Of a stretch of 50,048 nt of DNA, positions 45,184-50,048 are shown piece by piece (the first letter of the stretch is position 1; each line of letters begins with the position of its first letter). The DNA comes from an uncultured Clostridia bacterium (lineage in GTDB: Bacteria; Bacillota; Clostridia; Christensenellales; HGM11417): positions 1 to 50,048 of the forward strand of contig CAZPMG010000001.1 in assembly GCA_964587785.1 (NCBI GenBank), read 5' to 3'. Position numbers and translations under genes: made by a program. The notes beneath the pieces are model-generated. The model made no database searches. It was not told the DNA's origin and was given only the letters and a program-made list of their open reading frames with translations.

Positions 45184-46121
45184 TTGCTCCCTCCGCGCAA
45201 AAGGCTTTCTGCCTCGGCAAATATTCCCGTAATTATTTCGGACGCGGTAAGTTCGTCGGACATCAGCCCGGCGCACTGGCCTGCCATAAAGCAGCCGCTC
45301 TCAAGGTCGCCCGTTTGAACGGCCTTTCTCAGCGCGCCCGCGGTCATCTGTTCAAGAGCTTCCGCGGTCGCATCAGGAGACTTTTCAAGCTCGGCATACG
45401 CGCGGGTAAGCTTGCTCTTGAGCGCGCGGACGGGATGACCGAATTTTCGGCCGGTAACCATTGTCTGTATATCGGACGCGGACTTTACCTGCGCCTTATA
45501 GTTTTCGTGCGCGCCGCATTCTTTGCACAGCAAAAACCTTGTGCCAAGCTGCAGACCGGACGCGCCAAGCATAAACGCCGCCGCCGCGCCCCGTCCGTCG
45601 GCAATGCCGCCTGCGGCTATTACCGGTATCTTTACCGCATCGCAGACTTGGGGGATAAGGCACATCGTGGTGGTTTCCCCTATGTGCCCGCCGGCCTCCG
45701 AGCCCTCGGCAATAACCGCGCACGCGCCCGACCTTTCCATCATCTTTGCGTACGCAACCGACGGCACGACGGGTATCACCCGTATGCCGGCGGCCAGCCA
45801 GTCCTTCATATACTTTGCCGGACTGCCCGCGCCGGTGGTAACTACCGGCACTTTTTCCTCAATCACAGCCCTTGCAACCTCGCCGGCAAACGGGCTCATG
45901 AGCATGATATTTACGCCGAAAACACCGTCTGTGAGCGTGCGGGCCTTGCGGATTTGCTCTTTAATCTGCTGAGAATTGCTGTTCATCGCCGCAATGATGC
46001 CAAGGCCGCCGGCATTGGTTACCGCGGCCGCAAGCCCCGCGTCCGCAACCCATGCCATTCCGCCCTGAAACAGCGGATATTTTATACCTAATAGCGTTGT
46101 AACAGCGTTGTTTTCAAACAT
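45171..46121 (-). CDS. fabK: Enoyl-ACP reductase II (FMN-dependent, nitronate monooxygenase fold)
   Basis: YPLFQGGMAWV and AAGGIADGRG. Its position between acpP and fabD matches streptococcal and clostridial fab clusters. Confidence 0.88.
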   Translation of the reverse strand: MFENNAVTTLLGIKYPLFQGGMAWVADAGLAAAVTNAGGLGIIAAMNSNSQQIKEQIRKARTLTDGVFGVNIMLMSPFAGEVARAVIEEKVPVVTTGAGSPAKYMKDWLAAGIRVIPVVPSVAYAKMMERSGACAVIAEGSEAGGHIGETTTMCLIPQVCDAVKIPVIAAGGIADGRGAAAAFMLGASGLQLGTRFLLCKECGAHENYKAQVKSASDIQTMVTGRKFGHPVRALKSKLTRAYAELEKSPDATAEALEQMTAGALRKAVQTGDLESGCFMAGQCAGLMSDELTASEIITGIFAEAESLLRGGSKCLR

Positions 46122-46122
46122 T

Positions 46123-46347
46123 TTAGTCCTTTTTGTTGGCTTCGATATATGAAACCAAATTGCCCAGCGTGGTCATGCTGCCGTCAAGCTGGATTTCCGT
46201 GCCAAACTCCTCGTCGATTTTCATTACTAAGTCTACTACGTCCAAAGAGTCCAGCCCAAGCTCGGCAAAAGTTGTCTCGCCCTTCAGCTGGTCGTCTGTA
46301 AAATCGTTGAATTCCGAAAGAATTTTTTTGATGCGCTCTAAAACCAT
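46123..46347 (-). CDS. acpP: Acyl carrier protein
   Basis: 74 aa with the LGLDSLDVVDLV phosphopantetheine site. Confidence 0.95.
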   Translation of the reverse strand: MVLERIKKILSEFNDFTDDQLKGETTFAELGLDSLDVVDLVMKIDEEFGTEIQLDGSMTTLGNLVSYIEANKKD

Positions 46348-46370
46348 TGTCTTAATGCTCCCTATAAATT

Positions 46371-47330
46371 TTAATTTTTATTCCACCTAATGGCACAGGC
46401 TCCTGTAGTCAGCCCGCCGCCAAAGGATGACAGCACAATTATATCCCCGTTTTTTAAAAGCCCCTGCCTGTGGGACTCGTCAAGCAGCACGGGTATGCTT
46501 GCAGATGACATATTACCAAAGTTTTCTATATTACAAAGGATTTTGTCCTCGCCGATGCCCAGCAGCGCGGTTGCCGCGCGGATTATCCTCATATTTGCCT
46601 GATGCGGCAATATATAGGTTACCTGCCCGGTGCTTAAGCCCGCCGCCGATATTACGTCTTCTATGTCGGCTTTCATTGCCGATACGGCAAAGCGGTAGAC
46701 CTCTTGGCCGTTCATGATGAGCACGGACGGGCTTGCTTGCGCCTCTTCAAACCGTCCGGATTTTCCGCACGTTATGCGCATGAGCTGGCTGTTGCCTGCC
46801 GCGGTAGTCTTTATTGAAAGCAGCCCCTCGCCGGGCGTAAGTACCACCGCGCCCGCACCGTCGCCAAACAGCACGCACGTCGCCCTGTCGTCAAAGTCAA
46901 CATGCCGCGACATAGCCTCTGCGCACACTATCAGCACGTTTTTTGCACGGCCGCGCTCAATGAACCCAGCGGCGGTGTCCAGTGCATATACAAAACCTGA
47001 ACAGGCGGCGTTAATGTCGAAAGCAGGGCAGGACGCGCCTATGCGGCTTTGAACCACGCAGGCAAGCGAGGGCGTGATAAAATCTCCCTGTATGGTGGCG
47101 CAGATTATCAAATCAAGCTGCTGCGCATTGATTTTTGCCGACTCAAGCGCGCGTATTGCCGCGCGCTCCGCGAGGTCGGAAAGCGATTCCGTTGACAAAA
47201 TGTGCCGCCTTTCAATGCCCGTCTTGGAGCGTATCCAGGCGTCCGAGGTGTCCATCATGCGCGACAAATCGTCGTTTGTAAAGACCTTTTCAGGCACGCA
47301 GCTTCCCGTGCCGCTGATTTTGAAACTCAT
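46371..47330 (-). CDS. fabH: 3-oxoacyl-ACP synthase III
   Basis: 319 aa. AACSGF active-site Cys, HQANMRI and GNMSSASIP. Confidence 0.93.
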   Translation of the reverse strand: MSFKISGTGSCVPEKVFTNDDLSRMMDTSDAWIRSKTGIERRHILSTESLSDLAERAAIRALESAKINAQQLDLIICATIQGDFITPSLACVVQSRIGASCPAFDINAACSGFVYALDTAAGFIERGRAKNVLIVCAEAMSRHVDFDDRATCVLFGDGAGAVVLTPGEGLLSIKTTAAGNSQLMRITCGKSGRFEEAQASPSVLIMNGQEVYRFAVSAMKADIEDVISAAGLSTGQVTYILPHQANMRIIRAATALLGIGEDKILCNIENFGNMSSASIPVLLDESHRQGLLKNGDIIVLSSFGGGLTTGACAIRWNKN

Positions 47331-47332
47331 AT

Positions 47333-47785
47333 CTATGCTTCCAGTTTACCTTTAAAAAATTTATCCAGCTTTTCTATTGCATGGGTTAGAACATTTTTTT
47401 CCTGCTCACTGAGCTCTTTTGCAAGCTCGGTCACCATCTGCCGGTGAAAATAACTGTGCGCGGAATCTATCTTTTTGCCGAGCGGAGTAAGCTCTACAAG
47501 CACGCTGCGCCCGTCCTCACCGGACTTGGTTTTGCGCACAAAGCCGTTTGACTCAAGCTTTTTTATGGCGTTGGTAACCGACGGCAGGGTGATTGACATA
47601 TCCTCGGCAAGCTCGCTTATCGTCTTGGGCGCGGCCTTGTTTTTGCCTACGGCCTCAATCATATGAACCTCGTTGATTGACAGGTTCATCTTGCCTATAG
47701 AGGCAAGCATATGCTCCTCTATCTTCAGGATATCCCTAAAGGTCTCCACAAGCAAATTATTAAGCTTTTCCGAAAATGCATCCAT
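47333..47785 (-). CDS. fabT: MarR family transcriptional regulator, FabT-like
   Basis: Winged-helix MarR pattern. It is the first gene of the fab cluster, as in streptococci. The ATG at 47785 has an AAGGA SD. The track start at 47830 is a TTG. Confidence 0.8.
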   Translation of the reverse strand: MDAFSEKLNNLLVETFRDILKIEEHMLASIGKMNLSINEVHMIEAVGKNKAAPKTISELAEDMSITLPSVTNAIKKLESNGFVRKTKSGEDGRSVLVELTPLGKKIDSAHSYFHRQMVTELAKELSEQEKNVLTHAIEKLDKFFKGKLEA

Positions 47786-47833
47786 GCACAAATCCTTCAC
47801 TTTGCAGCCCGTCTGCCGCCAATTAATCAAACA

Positions 47834-47854
47834 ACTTAGTTAGCCTAACTAAGT
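47834..47854. promoter_or_regulatory. Candidate FabT operator: 10-bp-arm inverted repeat ACTTAGTTAG-c-CTAACTAAGT
   Basis: Perfect arms read directly from the sequence. It overlaps the -10 of the fabT promoter. Confidence 0.6.
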
Positions 47855-47880
47855 ATATTACAGTCAAATGGCTATGTCAA
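47852..47880 (-). promoter_or_regulatory. fabT/fab operon promoter (TTGACA-N17-TATACT on the minus strand)
   Basis: The plus strand has tgtcaa at 47875-47880 and agtata at 47852-47857 with an exact 17-nt spacer. Confidence 0.65.
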
Positions 47881-48115
47881 GCATTTGAGCGCGTATTTTT
47901 AAGCGCAAATTAATCGGATACGGCGATAGATACCGCGGTAAGTTTATACTTCAATATTGTTTATTTGCTGATATTTAAGATAGCCTTATAAAGGATATTG
48001 AACCCCAGAGCAAGCCCTGGACCTGCGCTTTTGCACTTTCCGTCCCAAGGGGCGGAGTTTATACCCTTTGACGGCATCGCAAAAATATCCTTGCAAGCAA
48101 ATATTTTACTCCTGA

Positions 48116-48251
48116 TATAAAATGTTTGATTGTGGGGTAAAAACAAAGCCGGCAATTACACACAAACAAATTTACATCGGCAGAATAAACTGCTTAATTG
48201 TGGGCTAAAACAAAGCCGGCACTTACACACAAGCAAATTTACATCGGCAGA
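48116..48251. repeat. Tandem direct repeat, 2 x ~68 bp
   Basis: The first unit runs from about 48116 to 48183 and the second from 48184 to 48251. The 56-nt cores at 48128-48184 and 48196-48251 differ at only a few positions. The core is ATTGTGGG[G/C]TAAAA(A)CAAAGCCGGCA[A/C]TTACACACAA[A/G]CAAATTTACATCGGCAGA. Confidence 0.9.
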
Positions 48252-48306
48252 TATCTCATTGAATTTTACGCAGTATAGCAGCCGCCGGTTTTTCGCAATC
48301 TTTTTA

Positions 48307-48648
48307 TCAACCCGGATTCCAGCTGAGCTTGCGGCCGCCAAGTATGTGAACGTGCAGGTGAAATACAGTCTGCCCCGCGTGCTCGCCCTGATTTACCACC
48401 AATCTGTAGCCGTCCGAAAATCCGAGCTCTGGCGCTGTTTCCGCAAGCTTTTTCAAGCAGACACCAAGCAGCTCTGCTTGCTGCTCCGTCATCTCTGCCA
48501 GCGTTGCAAAGTGCTGCCTAAGCACAAGCAGCAGATGAATTTCTGCCTGCGGCGAGACATCCTTAAATACAATAAAATCTTTGTCCTCATAGACGATTGA
48601 CGCGGGTATACTGCCCTCGATTATTTTGCAAAACAGACAATCTTGCAT
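48307..48648 (-). CDS. HIT (histidine triad) family protein
   Basis: CLFCKII N-terminus and the HLHVHILGG triad. The ATG at 48648 has a GGAGG SD. The track start is an upstream TTG. Confidence 0.9.
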   Translation of the reverse strand: MQDCLFCKIIEGSIPASIVYEDKDFIVFKDVSPQAEIHLLLVLRQHFATLAEMTEQQAELLGVCLKKLAETAPELGFSDGYRLVVNQGEHAGQTVFHLHVHILGGRKLSWNPG

Positions 48649-48759
48649 ATCGTTTACCTCCAAAAATTTAAGCGGTTAAAGTTAAGCGGTTTGCTGCAAA
48701 TCAGTAAGCCTAAAACTGCCGCTCGCCGCTTTAAGCACTTAAAGCGCATTTAGGCTTGC

Positions 48760-50004
48760 TTACACCAACTCACACAGCGCACCGTCCAAATGCGGGCGTA
48801 TAACTTTTACATTGTATAGACGGTTTTCCTCTAACTCACGCTCGGCATAGCAGCGTATGTAGTTGCCGGTATACCCTGAAGTAAAGCTGCCGCGGCTCTC
48901 TTCGGCGAGCATTTCAAGCTGCTTGCCGGCAAAGCGTTGAATAAACTCGCGCTTTAAATTGTCCCTAAGTTCTGCCAGCCTTTGCTTGCGCAAGTCAACA
49001 ATGCTCTTGGCAAGCGGCTTAAGCGAGTATGCCTTTGTGCCCTCGCGAGGTGAATAAGGGAATATGTGTATGTCGGCAAAGCGCGCGCTTGAGCACACGC
49101 GGCAAGACTGTTCAAAGTCCTCCTCCGACTCGGTGGGAAAACCCACTATCACGTCCGTAGTAACCGCCGCATCCGGAAAATGTCTGCGCACGGTTTCCAC
49201 CGCCCGCAAGAAAAACTCCGCGTTGTAACGGCGGTTCATGTCTGCAAGTACTCCGTCACTGCCCGACTGCAAAGATAGATGAAAGTGCGGACAAAATTGC
49301 TTTAAGCCCTTGAGCGCCTGCATAAGCTCGTCGTCTATTGCCGATGCCTCAAGCGAACCCAGCCTTATGCGCACGTCAGCGCCGCTCAGGCTGCGCACAA
49401 GCGCGGGCAGAGAGCTGCCGGTATCCTTTCCGTAACCTGAGAGGTTTATGCCCGTGAGCACAAACTCCTTGCAGCTTTGGCTGAGCCGCGTTATCTCGCC
49501 GAGCACGCTTTCTTCCTTGCGGCTGCGGCTGCGCCCGCGCAGATACGGGATTATGCAATACGCGCAAAAGCTGTCGCAGCCGTCCTGAACCTTTACATAC
49601 GCGCGGGTGCGCGGACTGAGCGGAAAGAGATTGTCCTCGTATTCGTCGGGCTGACCGCTAAGCTTAACGCCGCTTTCACCCAAAAAATCAATAATCGCCG
49701 CCTTGTTAAAACTGCCGGTTACAAGCAAGTTTCCCTGCCGCTTTAAAAAGCTCTCAGGGCTGCGCTGGGAGGCACAGCCGCAGATTATCACCTTGGCCGA
49801 CGGATTGAGTTTGTCTATCTTAGACAGCACCTGCCTTGACTTGCGCTCGGCTTCGGATGTAACCGCGCAGGTATTTATCACATATAAATCAGCGGGAGCA
49901 AGCTCCTCGCTCACCTCATAGCCGCGCTGAATCAGTTCGTTTGACAACGAAAAACTCTCATATTGGTTGAGCTTGCAGCCCAAAGTATATACAACCGCCT
50001 TCAA
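48760..50004 (-). CDS. mtaB: tRNA ms2t6A methylthiotransferase MtaB (radical SAM, MiaB-like)
   Basis: N-terminal TLGCKLNQYES (UPF0004 domain), a radical-SAM CDSFCAYC motif and a C-terminal TRAM-like region. TTG start with a GGAGGAG SD. Confidence 0.85.
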   Translation of the reverse strand: MKAVVYTLGCKLNQYESFSLSNELIQRGYEVSEELAPADLYVINTCAVTSEAERKSRQVLSKIDKLNPSAKVIICGCASQRSPESFLKRQGNLLVTGSFNKAAIIDFLGESGVKLSGQPDEYEDNLFPLSPRTRAYVKVQDGCDSFCAYCIIPYLRGRSRSRKEESVLGEITRLSQSCKEFVLTGINLSGYGKDTGSSLPALVRSLSGADVRIRLGSLEASAIDDELMQALKGLKQFCPHFHLSLQSGSDGVLADMNRRYNAEFFLRAVETVRRHFPDAAVTTDVIVGFPTESEEDFEQSCRVCSSARFADIHIFPYSPREGTKAYSLKPLAKSIVDLRKQRLAELRDNLKREFIQRFAGKQLEMLAEESRGSFTSGYTGNYIRCYAERELEENRLYNVKVIRPHLDGALCELV

Positions 50005-50048
50005 AAAAACTCCTCCGCGCCCAATATCGGCGCGCTGTCCGCAATAAA

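Noticed and set aside
2198-46091. Long antisense ORFs inside well-supported genes, for example 2198-2788, 7419-8213, 25319-26011, 35232-35945, 42988-43797 and 45315-46091
   Set aside because: All lie opposite genes with unambiguous family motifs. Their translations are Arg/Ala/Cys/His-rich with no recognisable motifs, which is typical of spurious open frames in GC-rich coding DNA.
12246-47830. N-terminal extensions implied by ORF-track starts (for example 12348, 16302, 20020, 26068, 32120, 41326, 45276 and 47830)
   Set aside because: These are upstream TTG, GTG or ATG codons inside the preceding gene or lacking an SD. In each case an internal ATG preceded by a GGAGG-like SD reproduces the family-typical N-terminus.
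47880-47930. Possible third, degenerate copy of the 100-nt element (GAGCGCGTATTTTTAAGCGCAAATTAATCGGATACGGCG)
   Set aside because: It shares only the GCGCGTATTT start and a loose ATTAATCGG..CGGCG stretch. The similarity is too weak to distinguish from chance by eye.
48119-48205. 28-aa ORF (MFDCGVKTKPAITHKQIYIGRINCLIVG) starting at the -10-like sequence and spanning the first tandem repeat unit
   Set aside because: It has no SD. The reading frame is not preserved between the two repeat units, and the composition is unremarkable.
1-50048. Mobile elements, prophage, defence islands or horizontally acquired segments
   Set aside because: No transposase, integrase, recombinase, restriction-modification, toxin-antitoxin or phage-like ORF is present. 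By eye, composition and gene orientation are uniform across the window.

Overview
This 50 kb window is almost entirely minus-strand, tightly packed core metabolism. It looks like a moderately GC-rich anaerobic Firmicute, probably Clostridia-like, judging by FabK, DegV, YitT, a four-subunit 2-oxoacid:ferredoxin oxidoreductase and a FabT-type fab cluster. Gene order along the window: argC (partial), argH and argG; a flavin-reductase-like gene; an orphan lipoprotein; icd; ddl; a MurF-like ligase with an unusual membrane N-terminus; an alpha/beta hydrolase; rimI, tsaB and tsaE; deoC and pdp; an MscS-like channel; lysA; a heterodimeric ABC exporter; an M3 oligoendopeptidase; tkt; a PGM/PMM-family mutase; an orphan hypothetical; an amidase_3-like protein with two PG-binding domains; two tandem YitT paralogues; an M23 peptidase; the oxidoreductase operon; degV; a complete type II fatty-acid synthesis cluster (accA, accD, accC, fabZ, accB, fabF, fabG, fabD, fabK, acpP, fabH, fabT); a HIT protein; and mtaB. 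I see no rRNA or tRNA genes, CRISPR arrays, transposases, integrases, prophage genes or recognisable defence systems. I cannot point to a convincing new multi-gene system. The most unexplained signals are non-coding. (1) A ~100-nt element occurs twice, in the long gene-free regions upstream of the M3 peptidase gene and the amidase-like gene. (2) A 617-nt gene-free spacer carries a strong promoter, a perfect 24-nt direct repeat and a terminator oriented for the plus strand. (3) A 68-bp tandem repeat lies between the HIT gene and fabT. (4) A highly structured 176-nt spacer sits inside the oxidoreductase operon. At the protein level, the membrane-anchored MurF-like ligase, the apparently catalytically degenerate amidase_3/PG-binding protein and two orphan proteins deserve a second look. 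All family calls come from motif recognition by eye; no searches were run. Many ORF-track starts are upstream TTG/GTG extensions, and I re-set starts where an ATG with a Shine-Dalgarno sequence (SD) was visible.
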